Positions 41,059 to 51,318 of a stretch of DNA of 64,000 nucleotides are shown piece by piece (position 1 is the stretch's first letter; the number at the start of each line of letters is the position of its first letter). Position numbers and translations under genes: made by a program. This stretch comes from Limnochordia bacterium. GTDB taxonomy: Bacteria > Bacillota > Limnochordia > DTU080. Below the pieces are notes generated by a model that saw nothing but the letters and a program-made list of their open reading frames with translations, was not told the DNA's origin and did no database searches. The DNA is taken from positions 96,001-160,000 of the forward strand of contig JBMNJG010000005.1 of the NCBI GenBank assembly GCA_050951545.1, given 5' to 3'.

Positions 41059-41997
41059 ATGGATCCGATTGAGCAGTATCTGAAGGAGATTACCCCACGC
41101 CTTCCGCGCCATAAGCGACTGAATGTCCTGGCGGAACTGCGCCGCAACATTAATGATCGCATCGGCCAGCTCGAAAGCGAAGGCTACGAGTCAACGGCGG
41201 CCACGGTCAAGGTAGTGGCTGAGCTAGGTGACCCTAACGAACTGGCCGCTGAGTATGGGGGCGGCCGGGTGATCATCCCCGCCACCCGCTACCACATCTT
41301 CAAGGCTTCTGCTTCAGTGCTGGTCGGCCTGCATCTGCTGGCCACATGTGTCACCACCCTGATGGATGTGGACGTACTGCTGCTTTTTGTGCGCTTACCC
41401 AATCTACGAGGATGGTCAGCACATGAGGTGCTCTGGGTGCTAACCATACAGGTGTTGGCTGATATAGGTATCGTCACTTTGTTTTTCTGGTCTGCCGATC
41501 TGACGCTGCCCCGAAAGCTCGCAGGGATGGCGGTCCGCGCTCGGACAGCAGAGGCCAAACCGCATTGGTCAGGACTCATCCTTCCTCTGATTCTACTCGG
41601 CGTGTTCAACATATGGCGCAACGAGCTCTTTGTTCTGCAGACTGCAAATGCCGAGACCTGGTATGAGCTGCCCATTTTGAGTCCGGCGTTCATCCAAACC
41701 TACCTGTGGCCAGTAAACCTGGTGCTGCTGCTTGCCTTGGGGATACACACCTACAAGATCATCAGTGGACCTACGCTCGCTGCAGCATGTGCGGAACTGA
41801 TCTATCGCCTCTCCGCCTTCGCACTCACTGGTGCCTTGCTTGGCGTAGAAGAACCCTTTGAGCTCAACGTAGGTCAGCTTCAGTCACTAGAACCGGTACT
41901 GGTTGGGGTGTTTCGGTTGGTGTTGCTAGCCGCTATGTTCTCCAATGCATTCGCTACGTATAGGGCAGGAGCACGCGTGCTCGACCGCGTGAAATGA
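41059..41997 (+). CDS. Membrane protein with N-terminal HAAS/permease-prefix-like domain
   Basis: IEQYL...LP...ELRRNI.D...VVAELGDPNELAAEY followed by multiple TM segments. AAGGGG RBS. Confidence 0.7.
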   Translation: MDPIEQYLKEITPRLPRHKRLNVLAELRRNINDRIGQLESEGYESTAATVKVVAELGDPNELAAEYGGGRVIIPATRYHIFKASASVLVGLHLLATCVTTLMDVDVLLLFVRLPNLRGWSAHEVLWVLTIQVLADIGIVTLFFWSADLTLPRKLAGMAVRARTAEAKPHWSGLILPLILLGVFNIWRNELFVLQTANAETWYELPILSPAFIQTYLWPVNLVLLLALGIHTYKIISGPTLAAACAELIYRLSAFALTGALLGVEEPFELNVGQLQSLEPVLVGVFRLVLLAAMFSNAFATYRAGARVLDRVK

Positions 41998-42017
41998 GGC
42001 GAAGAGAGGTCTGACCA

Positions 42018-43172
42018 ATGTCCAGTCCGCGAACCACTGGGATCGCCCTTGTCGGCTATGGAGGGATCGGCAAAGTTCACGCTTTCGCATACAAAGCGCT
42101 GGCGTTGTTTTACCGCCAGTTGCCGCTGCATCCCAGCCTAGCCTGGGTCGCAGTGCGCCGAATGGAGAGCGGGATTTCGGCGCAAAAGGAGATCGGCTTC
42201 TCAAACCTCAGCACAGACTACACGGAAGCAGTATCGGCCGCCGATGTCGACATCGTGGACTGCTGCACTCCCAATCACCTGCATGCCCCGGTTATCTTGG
42301 CTGCACTTGCGGCTGGGAAGCACGTCTACTGTGAGAAACCCCTTGCCATGGACGTGAATGAGGCCCGCACGATGCTTCGGGCTGCCGAAGAAGCGGGCGT
42401 GGTTCATCAAGTCGCCTTCAACTACCGCTTCGTCCCAGCGGTATGGCGAGCAAAGCAGCTCATTGCAGCAGGTCGATTGGGCGAGATCTATGGTTTCCGC
42501 TTCCTGTATCTGCACTCCGGGTACACAGACAAAGCTCGACCGCTCTCATGGCGTCTGCAGAAGGCATCCGGAGGTTCGGGAGCCCTGGGTGATCTGGGTT
42601 CGCATGTGATCGACATGAGTCGCTACCTTCTTGGCGAGTACGCGGCAGTCTCTGCCACTTTGCACACCTATATCAAGACGCGCCCGCTACCTACCGCCCC
42701 TCATCTCTCGGGTGCGGTCGATGTAGACGACATCTTCCTATGTCAGGTGCAGCTGGCAGGCGGGGCAGTGGGCACCATTGAGGCTTCACGCATGGCCACC
42801 GGATCCAACGATGACCTGCGCTTTGAGATTCACGGATCGTTGGGCGCCCTACGCTTCAACCTTATGGATCCAAACTGGCTCGAGTTCTATGATGCCACCA
42901 AGCCACGTGAGCCGTTGGGCGGTGAGCGCGGCTTTACGCGTATCGAGACCGCTGGCCGCTATCCGGAGCCCTCCTGCTTTCCATCGGCTCGGGCACCAGT
43001 AGGCTGGCTACGCTTCCACATAGCCAGTCAATATGACCTGCTTTGCCGCGTAGCGGGCCAAGAGGCACACGGGGCCACCTTTGTCGATGCCCTTCGCGTA
43101 CAGGAAATCATGGCCGCCATCGAGAAGTCCTCACAGACAGGAGCTTGGGTGACGGTGTCACACGCCACATAG
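42018..43172 (+). CDS. Gfo/Idh/MocA family oxidoreductase
   Basis: GYGGIG, TPNHLH, GKHVYCEKP, GALGDLGSHVID. Confidence 0.93.
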   Translation: MSSPRTTGIALVGYGGIGKVHAFAYKALALFYRQLPLHPSLAWVAVRRMESGISAQKEIGFSNLSTDYTEAVSAADVDIVDCCTPNHLHAPVILAALAAGKHVYCEKPLAMDVNEARTMLRAAEEAGVVHQVAFNYRFVPAVWRAKQLIAAGRLGEIYGFRFLYLHSGYTDKARPLSWRLQKASGGSGALGDLGSHVIDMSRYLLGEYAAVSATLHTYIKTRPLPTAPHLSGAVDVDDIFLCQVQLAGGAVGTIEASRMATGSNDDLRFEIHGSLGALRFNLMDPNWLEFYDATKPREPLGGERGFTRIETAGRYPEPSCFPSARAPVGWLRFHIASQYDLLCRVAGQEAHGATFVDALRVQEIMAAIEKSSQTGAWVTVSHAT

Positions 43173-43176
43173 GCCT

Positions 43177-43749
43177 CTAGCTTCTTCCGAGACGCTTTCT
43201 GCCCCGTGACAAGCCGCTTTCCCACCAAGCCAAGATCCGCGCTACCCGATAGACGATCATGTTTGCGTGTTTTATCGCCGGGCCTTTTCCCAGCGCCTTT
43301 CCGGCGACTGTCAGCGTGGACACAATCGGCGCCATAATGACAATCAAAAGAGGCTTCTGCAAAGATGCCACCAGCATCGCTCCCATAGCACCACTGAGCG
43401 TACCAGCGACATCTCCGACGAGGTCGTTGCAGAAGTTCGAGACTTCTCCCGCCCTTCTGACTAACCTGACCGCGTGGCTGGCGCCAAAGACCCTCTTGGC
43501 TGCCATGGCATGAAATGGTGATTCGTGGGCTGAGACTACTGCGGTGCCGATGATATCAAAAAGAATGCCGATAAGGATGACGATAAGGAGAAGCACGACG
43601 GAGATGAAGGGTGAGACTGCCTCCAAGAATCCCCTGGTTGCCCCACTGACAAAAAACGTTACCACAAAGGTTGAGACCGCAATGAGCCAGATCCTGTGGT
43701 ACCCTTGATTTATATGCCCGGAAATCCTTCGACGTTGCCTCATCGACAT
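43177..43749 (-). CDS. oapA: OLE-associated protein A (DUF21/CNNM-like membrane protein)
   Basis: Immediately downstream of the OLE RNA. GILFDIIG, PFHAMAA, VSNFCNDLVGD, TVAGKALGK. Confidence 0.85.
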   Translation of the reverse strand: MSMRQRRRISGHINQGYHRIWLIAVSTFVVTFFVSGATRGFLEAVSPFISVVLLLIVILIGILFDIIGTAVVSAHESPFHAMAAKRVFGASHAVRLVRRAGEVSNFCNDLVGDVAGTLSGAMGAMLVASLQKPLLIVIMAPIVSTLTVAGKALGKGPAIKHANMIVYRVARILAWWESGLSRGRKRLGRS

Positions 43750-43817
43750 GAGCGCCTCTCATTCATGTGCTCGTGGCGGGGCAACCTGGAGGCTTTTGCA
43801 CTGACTCCACAAAAAGA

Positions 43818-44417
43818 CGAAAGGTAGTGGCAGCCAGACGAGTAAATATTGTGGCTTAGGTCCAGTAGGTTTTCCCAACAGAACACTGGTGCGTTGCCGC
43901 CTCCAGCGGTTCCCCTTTCAGCCCTGCTCTGGCTTGCGCCAGGACTGGATTACCACTTAGTCCACACTGCAATCCCCGAATGACTTGCCCATCGAGCAAC
44001 AGCCTAGGAGATTTCCTCAACACCACAGGCCATATCCTAGCCTCTCTTGCAGGGCGGGTTTCAAGCGGAAAGCTTCGAGGATGATCCAGAAATCTCCGCT
44101 ATCCCAATCGCCCCACTCAAGGCAGGCTACTCTGCACCCCACGCAGCTCAAGATACTTGCGCATTACTCACTACATCGCGTGCAGGTTCCTCTTCCATGC
44201 CGTAGAAGGCGCAAGCTCCACGCACATGGATCTCCACGGAGCAGGGTCAACGCCTACATGCCGTTGTAGATCGCCCTAACTCCTTAACCCTCAGCACCAC
44301 CCCCGACTGGGCGTCGAAAGCCAGCACCAAGGACTTCATCGATGTGCCCCTGACGGATTCTTAGGCCCGCCTTCAGATATGGAAGCAGTGACTAGGATAC
44401 TGCACCACTACCTCTCG
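43818..44417 (-). ncRNA. ole: OLE (ornate large extremophilic) RNA
   Basis: About 600 nt without a credible ORF. Recognisable segments GGTGCAGTATCCTAGTCA, GAAGGCGGGCCTAA, GGGCACATCGATGAAGT, GTAGCCTGCCTTGAG, GGACTAAGTGGTAATCCAG, GGGAAAACCTACTGGACCTAAGCC. A 13-bp closing stem pairs 44405-44417 with 43818-43830. Confidence 0.9.
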
Positions 44418-44427
44418 AATTACGTTC

Positions 44428-44456
44428 ATTATAGCCCTATCACGAGTGCGATGCAA
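44428..44456 (-). promoter_or_regulatory. sigma-A promoter for ole-oapA
   Basis: TTGCAT-N17-TATAAT about 10 bp upstream of the closing stem of the RNA. Confidence 0.8.
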
Positions 44457-44673
44457 TGAGGCTGGTCAGCGGTCGTTCAGCCAGCACACGACATGAGCGT
44501 AGACAAAAAAGGTGTCACAGTTGGCAGGAACCACGCCCCGAACAGCCAAACTCAAGTATGTCTCGACAATGGCTCAAAACGCCATCGTCGGTACATATCA
44601 CCTTCGGCCCCTAAGAGGCCGTCATGTTACAATATGATGACGTCGTATTTTTGATCTGGGGAGGCTCGGGGCG

Positions 44674-45024
44674 ATGAGGCGGCTGAGCAAAAAAGACCTC
44701 AGCTTTCTTTTCATAGTTCTATGTGCGTTAACGCTTGCCGTGACATCCATAGAAACCCTCGCCCTGACTAATCCTGTAGCTGGCCGTGAAGAGGCCGAGT
44801 TGGGGTTTCTCCCTCAAGCAGGCACACTGTTCATCCTCGAAAACAGCTTCAAGAATGAACCGCTTCCCTTGCGTCCGGTACTGGTCATGGCTGGGATGGC
44901 TGTCTGTGCGATTCTAGCTACCCATGGTCATTGTATCGGTTACTTCCCCGCACCTACCTCATTGCCGACGGATTACCGGCTCTTTTTTTTGCTGCCCGTC
45001 TTTAACAGCAAATTCAAAGATTGA
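44674..45024 (+). CDS. Upstream ORF of secDF (candidate translation-arrest monitoring peptide)
   Basis: GGGGAGG RBS, extended -10 TGTTACAAT, N-terminal signal/TM segment, second hydrophobic segment. The stop region is complementary to the secDF SD. Confidence 0.7.
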   Translation: MRRLSKKDLSFLFIVLCALTLAVTSIETLALTNPVAGREEAELGFLPQAGTLFILENSFKNEPLPLRPVLVMAGMAVCAILATHGHCIGYFPAPTSLPTDYRLFFLLPVFNSKFKD

Positions 45025-45091
45025 TCCCTTGTAGCCGTCACCACTTCACGCCTTCTTGTCTTACATGTACACACCACTAAGGGGGATTAGC

Positions 45092-47171
45092 ATGATTCCA
45101 AAGAATGAACGTTGGAAGGCTATTGCTATTCTGGTGCTCGTCGTCGTTGGTGCCATAGCCATTTGGCAGCGCCCACTTCATCTTGGACTGGATCTGCGAG
45201 GCGGCACCAGTATCTTACTCGAAGCCGATAGCGAGGGCCGTGCTCTAGAGAGCGGCACGATGGAGCAACTGATTGGGGTAGTCGAACGGCGCGTCAACCA
45301 GCTAGGATTGACCGAGAGTGTCGTCCAACGCCGAGGCACTGATCGCATCGCGGTGGAGCTGCCTGGCTATGATGATCAGGACGCTGCGATAGCAGCCTTA
45401 GGTAAGACCGCCCTACTGACCATGAGCGATGAGCATGGCAACGTAATCATCACTGGTGCTGAGCTCAAAGAAGCTACCCTCTCAAGAGACAACTATGGGC
45501 GTCCCGCGGTCGCTGTAACCTTCCGCCCTGATGGCGCTACGAAGTTTGCCACCTTTACTCGGGCGAATGTGGGCAGGGCACTTGTCATCCGCTTGGATGA
45601 CGATATCCTTTCCACAGCTGTCATCCAGGAGCCTATCACAGATGGTCGGGGCCAGATTAGCGGCCGCTTCTCTATCGACGAGGCCAAGGAGCTGACAGCG
45701 TTGCTTCGAGCTGGTGCCCTACCCGTTCCGGTCAGGGTGGTTGAGGCGCATACAGTCGGCCCCAGCTTGGGTGAGGCATCTGTGCAGCAAAGCCTCCAAG
45801 CCGCCATTATCGGGTTGATCGGTACCGTCGTCTTCATGATTCTCGCGTACCGCGGTCTAGGTCTCGTGGCGGCTCGTTGCCCTCTGCATCTACGCCGTGT
45901 TGGTGGCTGGTGGACTCATGGGCATGGGCGCCGTGCTTACCCTGCCTGGTATCGCGGGCCTGATGCTCTCAATCGGCATGGCCGTAGACGGCAACGTGTT
46001 GGTCTTTGAGCGGGCCAAGGAGGAGTATAAGAATACCAACAGCGTCTACGCAGCCATACGCAAGGGCTATGAGCGAGCGTTTTCAGCCATCGTTGACTCT
46101 AACGTGACCACATTACTGGCTGCACTGATCTTGTTCTTCTTGTCCGCAGGCGCTGTCCGAGGCTTTGCTATCACTCTGGGCATCGGTGTACTCGCTAGCT
46201 TCATCACTGCCGTTACAGCCTCGCGCATTCTGACCTACATCCTAGCTGGCATCGGAATGCAAGAACGCCCTGCGGCCATGGGCCTCACCACGAAATTTAG
46301 GTCCACTAACTGGAACGTGGTGCGACGCCGTGGCCTGTGGTTCGGCATTTCCGGCCTGCTGATTCTCATCAGCTTGTTCTCTTTAGTAACGAAAGGTCTT
46401 GACTACGGTCTGGATTTCGCGGGCGGTACGCTGGTGGAAGTGCAGACCAACCGCAGCCTGAACTTGTCGGAGATCGAGAGCCATACAGCAGACGTGGGCA
46501 TCACTAATGTCTTGATCCAGCCTAGCACACAATCGTTCTCACTCAAAGGCAAGGATCTCTCCAAAGAGGATGTCCAGAAGTTGGTCAGCGAGCTCGAGGA
46601 GGACGGCCTGGAGCCGCACCTGATTCGACAAGAGTATGTAGGTCCCTCTATCGGCAGCGAGGTGCGGCAGAAAGCTGTGTTGGCGCTGCTACTCGCTTTG
46701 ATCGGACAGATCATCTACGTCAGCATCCGCTTTGAGTGGCGTTTTGCCATCTCGGCTGTGGCGGCCCTGTTCCACGATGTACTGCTACTGGTAGGGCTCT
46801 TCTCGATTCTACAGCTAGAGATCGATGGGACCTTCGTTGCAGCTCTACTAACGATCGTCGGTTACTCCATCAACGATACCGTGGTTATCTTTGATCGTAT
46901 CAGGGAGAACCGAAAGCTTATGCGAGATGCGCAGTGGCCCGATCTGGTGAATAGTTCCATCACCCAGACGATGTCCCGCTCGCTCAACACAGGTCTGTCG
47001 ACGCTGATCGTCTTGGCTGCACTGCTGTTCTTGGGTGGAGACACCCTGTTTAGCTTCGCCTTGGCCCTCTTCACTGGTGTTGTCGTGGGTACCTACTCGT
47101 CAGTCTTTGTCGTCGGTCCCCTGGTTGCTGTCTGGCATGACAACACACACAGGAGGCAAAAAAGGGCCTAG
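45092..47171 (+). CDS. secDF: Fused protein translocase SecDF with an apparent frameshift near 45870
   Basis: First frame: LGLDLRGG, VGPSLG. Second frame: TLPGIAG, GMAVDGN, IVDSNVTT, GLDFAGG, GYSINDTVVIFDRIREN. The SecD TM region continues across the frame change. Confidence 0.92.
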
Positions 47172-47198
47172 GCTATCACGAAGTGCAACCCAGATGGG

Positions 47199-47228
47199 AA
47201 GGGGACGCTGGTCGTCCCCTTTTCTTTG
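47199..47228 (+). terminator. Intrinsic terminator after secDF
   Basis: AAGGGGACG-CTGGT-CGTCCCCTT followed by T-rich sequence. Confidence 0.8.
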
Positions 47229-47320
47229 CAGGAGATCACGCCGGGTTTCATGACGGGTGCCTGTTGATGTAGTGGTCTCTTTCGGGCATAATGAGGACGA
47301 TATGAAGGGACGGGTTTACT

Positions 47321-48949
47321 ATGCCAACATCCAGAGGATCTCAACGCCCACCTGCTCGCAGACCGCGTAGCGAGGACGCGCAGCGAGCCCTTCCACGCAG
47401 ATCCCCACACTCTGCTCCTGTCGAGCCGTCCCAGCTGATGCAAGACTACATAGATCAATTGGTCACCGCTCGGGGGGCCGAGCTCCTTGGTGTGGCCCAG
47501 CAGATGGCCCGCCACGGTAGCGATGCGATCTCAGCGGTCGACCGTCTTCTCAACTCGCGTAACAAGCACTTGCGCCTGGCCGGAACCCTTGTCCTCAGCC
47601 ACGTCGGACACCCCAGGGCAGTCCCCGGGCTAGTCCATGCCCTACAGGATGATGACAACGCCGTTCGCCTCCAAGCCGCCGCAGGTTTGGGTAACCACAA
47701 GACGCGCCAAGCACGCCATGCCCTCTTTACTGCCTTCCCCGACAGATCACCAAGCATATCCGTAGCGCTTCTACGCTCTATGGAGAAGATGATGACGCCC
47801 GAGATGGCGGATGCACTGCAGGCCATGGAACGTCAGAGACTCGCGCCTCGCGTCCGCACTGAGATCGAACAGATTCTGGCGCGTAGCCAAGTGAGAAGCC
47901 GAGGCCAGCAGAAGCGCCATTCTGACTCGAAGGTGGAGCGCAAGGCCAAAGCAAAACAGCCGCCCTTAGCGTCTGCTCCTTGGTTGCGCCTGCTGCCAGG
48001 AGGGCGGTGCGTGGGTCGGGTAGTTCCCGGTCTCGAGGACACCGTCGCCACCGTTCTGACTTGGCGCATACCCAGTGCTCATGTCATCGACGCCAAAGAT
48101 GGACTGGTCCGCTTTTCCGTTGATAAGGGCGACATGTCGCGACTCGTGCAAGCGCGGTTGCTTAAGTCGGTGTCACTGAACCTGGAGCGCGCACCTGGCG
48201 TAGATCTTGTAGAGGACCGAAACCTTATCAATCCCCTCTACGCCTTTGCCCATGCCAAGGGGCTGCAGTCACTGGTCATCACTGGCGATATCTCCTCAGT
48301 CGATGCGCGGGTACTGGGACAGCTGTTGGGTCTGCGTAGCGCCAGACCTCCTGGCTACGCCGATACGCTGCGCCTACACATCACATCACCCGAGGTATTC
48401 GTAGAGTTTTTGGCCCCCGACGACTACCCAGCCCTCCGAAACATGACGCCCATATCAAGAGCCTTGGCGGCCTGTCTGGCCGCGCTTACGGTCTCTGGTC
48501 CGACAGACGTCTTCTGTGATCCCTTCTGTGGAGATGGGTCGGTAGTTGTCGAACGCAGTCTGCTGGGCCCCTGGAGCAAAGCCTATGCGTATGATCTGGA
48601 TGCTACACACTTGCAGACAGCACAACATGCCTGGAGAGTCTTGGCTTCCCTAGGAGACAACCCGGTTGGATCGACGCAGTTCACCACCTGGCAGCAGACG
48701 AGACTCCCTCTTGACTCCACCACTGTGGATGCCATGGCCGCGATTTTGAGCCCCGAGATGAATGATGTGCTTCTCCCTCGCCATATCGCGGAAATATCCC
48801 GTGTGCTCCGAGCTGGCGGCCGGGCAGCCTTCCTTACGGCGGATAGCACTCGCCTAGCTGAGCGTCTTCAGGGTAGCGAGCTCGCCATTCGTCAGACGAT
48901 TGCTGTGGGTGATCCCCTCATAGGTGAGATCGTCGTACTGGTCAAATGA
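47321..48949 (+). CDS. HEAT-repeat protein fused to a THUMP/UPF0020-like RNA methyltransferase domain
   Basis: HEAT repeats (AVPGLVHALQDDDNAVRLQAAAGLG). SAM motif FCDPFCGDGSVVVE and EISRVLRAGG. Confidence 0.72.
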   Translation: MPTSRGSQRPPARRPRSEDAQRALPRRSPHSAPVEPSQLMQDYIDQLVTARGAELLGVAQQMARHGSDAISAVDRLLNSRNKHLRLAGTLVLSHVGHPRAVPGLVHALQDDDNAVRLQAAAGLGNHKTRQARHALFTAFPDRSPSISVALLRSMEKMMTPEMADALQAMERQRLAPRVRTEIEQILARSQVRSRGQQKRHSDSKVERKAKAKQPPLASAPWLRLLPGGRCVGRVVPGLEDTVATVLTWRIPSAHVIDAKDGLVRFSVDKGDMSRLVQARLLKSVSLNLERAPGVDLVEDRNLINPLYAFAHAKGLQSLVITGDISSVDARVLGQLLGLRSARPPGYADTLRLHITSPEVFVEFLAPDDYPALRNMTPISRALAACLAALTVSGPTDVFCDPFCGDGSVVVERSLLGPWSKAYAYDLDATHLQTAQHAWRVLASLGDNPVGSTQFTTWQQTRLPLDSTTVDAMAAILSPEMNDVLLPRHIAEISRVLRAGGRAAFLTADSTRLAERLQGSELAIRQTIAVGDPLIGEIVVLVK

Positions 48950-49010
48950 AAAAAAGGCCGTGGCATGGGCACTCTCGTTGCAGAGTGAGCGCCCATTTCC
49001 ATGGCCTTTT
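48948..49010. terminator. Long bidirectional hairpin between convergent genes
   Basis: AAAAGGCCGTGG..ATGGGC.CTC / GAG.GCCCAT..CCATGGCCTTTT with A- and T-tracts on the flanks. Confidence 0.8.
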
Positions 49011-49015
49011 CGCTT

Positions 49016-50207
49016 TCAGACCGCCTTCTCTCCGCCAATCCACACACTGCACACACGCGATTGCACGTCAAAGGGATGTCCCGACCACAGCACCAAATCG
49101 GCGTCTTTCCCTGGTTCGATGCTGCCTAGCCGCGATTCCAGTCCCAGAATGCGCGCTGGGTTAATCGTCAAGGCGGCAAGGACCTTCTCCTCCGCCATGC
49201 CAGCCTTCATGACCAGAGCACCCACCATCGGCAGGTGTTCAATAGGTACCACAGGATGGTCCGTCGTCAGAGCCACGAGCACTCCGGCGTCTGCCAGGGT
49301 TCCTGGGAGTGGAGAAGCTCTTGTCCCTTACCTCGATCTTGGATCGTGAACTCAGGGTGGGCCCCACGATCGCGGGTACCCCTCTCTCAGCTAAGAAAGC
49401 TGCAATCTTATGCCCTTCGGTGCAGTGCTCGATGACGATGCGTACGCCGTACTCCTCAGCAATACGTATGGCAGTAACGATATCATCTGCCCGATGCGCA
49501 TGGGCCCGCAAAGGCACTTCACCCCGAATGACTGGCAGCAACGCCTCAAGCTTGAGATCCGTTTCGCACTGGTCGCCCTTCTCAGCTGCTCGAGCCCTCT
49601 TCTCGCCATAGTCTCTAGCTTTGGTCAACCATTCGCGCAGTAAAGCCGCAGTAGCCATGCGCGTAGAAGGTGCCTTGTCCTTTGCACGGTATACTCTTTT
49701 GGGATTCTCGCCAAAGGCAATCTTCATACCCACTCTGTCTGCAACAAGCATCTCGTCAACGATATTGCCCCGCGTATGGACCACAGCAGCTGCCCCACCA
49801 ATGACATTAGCGCTTCCTGGTACCACACAGACGGCCGTTACTCCGCCGTGCAGAGCATCTTGCACTCCAGTTTCGTGAGGATTTATACCATCAATCGCTC
49901 TCATATCTGGTGTGACGGAGCTTGTGGTCTCGTTGTAGTCTGCACCCTCCCAGCCGAGCCCCTGCTCGTGAATTCCGAGATGCGAATGAGCGTCAATGAT
50001 TCCGGGCATAAGCACGCCACCTTGGCCATCTACAACCTCAACTCGGCCAGCCGATAGGGCTGCTTCAACCTGCGGACCAAGAGCACTGGCACCTTGCGCA
50101 CTTAGAGCTCCTACAGCGATGATCTTGCCGTCTTCCCAAGCGACCGCGCCTTTGACGATAGGGGTAGACGTGATGGGATAGACGGTGACGTTTTGGACCA
50201 AGAACAC
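49016..50207 (-). CDS. Amidohydrolase (imidazolonepropionase-like) with an apparent frameshift near 49305
   Basis: PGIIDAHSH, KIAFGENPK, HAHRADDI, EHCTEG. Continues in another frame as GVLVALTTDHP...TINPA...GSIEPGKDADLVLW. Confidence 0.9.
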
Positions 50208-50361
50208 AGCAACCACCTCTGCTTTCCGTAACACATTCTCATTAATCCTACTACTACACCATTAGTGGAGTAACCTCCCCTGCCTCGTGCATAGGTTGGT
50301 GAAGGAGGGCGAACCACTGTGCTAGAAACATGAGTGTACGTACAGAAGGAGGCCACGTGCT

Positions 50362-51312
50362 GTGAGAACGAACCGAAACGCACTGTTGGTACCATCCATC
50401 TGTTTATTAACCCTGCTTCTTCTGATCGGATCGTGTGCAGCATTGGCTGCAGAAGTGGCTGTTACCGAAACAACCACGCAAGTGCAGGTCGGTCGTGACA
50501 TCGTTATCCCAGCAGACACGGTTGCGGCAGGCGATGTCGTTGCCGTCTTGGGCAGCATTGACATCCTCGGCGAGGTGCATGGCAACGCCGTCGCCGTCGG
50601 GGGAAGCATTAGCGTCAATGGCCCCGTAAAAGGTGATGTCGTCAGCGTAGGTGGCATGGTGCGTCTGGGTGCTGACGCCGTTGTGGACGGAGAGGTGACG
50701 GCCATAGGTGGCGGAGTTGACCGCAACCGGGCCGCCCGCGTCTCTGGTACCATAAACAGCATCGGCATCGGTGAGGTCTTTCGACACCCCCGCCTACGCC
50801 TAAACCTGGGCCGCTGGCGTTGGTGGTCACCGTATGCCGCTGTCAGCTACCTTCTGTATGTGTTGGGCCTCTACGCCTTGGCATTACTCGTCATAGCGCT
50901 CGTACCTTCCCATGTAGCGAGTGTGAGCAGGGCCATCGAGATCGAGTGGCGTCGCGCCCTGTTTTTGGGCCTGATGGCACTGCTGCTGATCGGCCCAGTT
51001 ACGATCGTCGTAGCTATCACCATCATCGGCATCCCACTGGCCCTTCTTATCTGGCTCGGCTTCATTCTGGCCAAGATACTGGGCTACGCGGCCTTTGTCT
51101 CTTATCTGGGAAGCAGAATAGCTGGGAGCGAAAGAAACCTTCATCGACTGGCCCAACTCGCTATCGGCGTGGCTGTCCTGGCCCTTGTACGCTACGTGCC
51201 TCTTCTAGGACCCGTTGCTAGCTTCTTTGTAACCTTAGTCACCCTTGGCGCAGTGCTCGATACCCGATTCGGCACCAACCGCCCCTGGTTGCCGCCTCGT
51301 CAGACTGAGTAG
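50362..51312 (+). CDS. Membrane protein with bactofilin-like beta-helix repeats
   Basis: Signal peptide, repeated V-x-G-D/N-V-V-x-V-G-G units, then about 5 TM segments. Confidence 0.75.
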   Translation: MRTNRNALLVPSICLLTLLLLIGSCAALAAEVAVTETTTQVQVGRDIVIPADTVAAGDVVAVLGSIDILGEVHGNAVAVGGSISVNGPVKGDVVSVGGMVRLGADAVVDGEVTAIGGGVDRNRAARVSGTINSIGIGEVFRHPRLRLNLGRWRWWSPYAAVSYLLYVLGLYALALLVIALVPSHVASVSRAIEIEWRRALFLGLMALLLIGPVTIVVAITIIGIPLALLIWLGFILAKILGYAAFVSYLGSRIAGSERNLHRLAQLAIGVAVLALVRYVPLLGPVASFFVTLVTLGAVLDTRFGTNRPWLPPRQTE

Positions 51313-51318
51313 CACGCG

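Noticed and set aside
43985-44269. 94-aa ORF
   Set aside because: It lies antisense within the OLE RNA.
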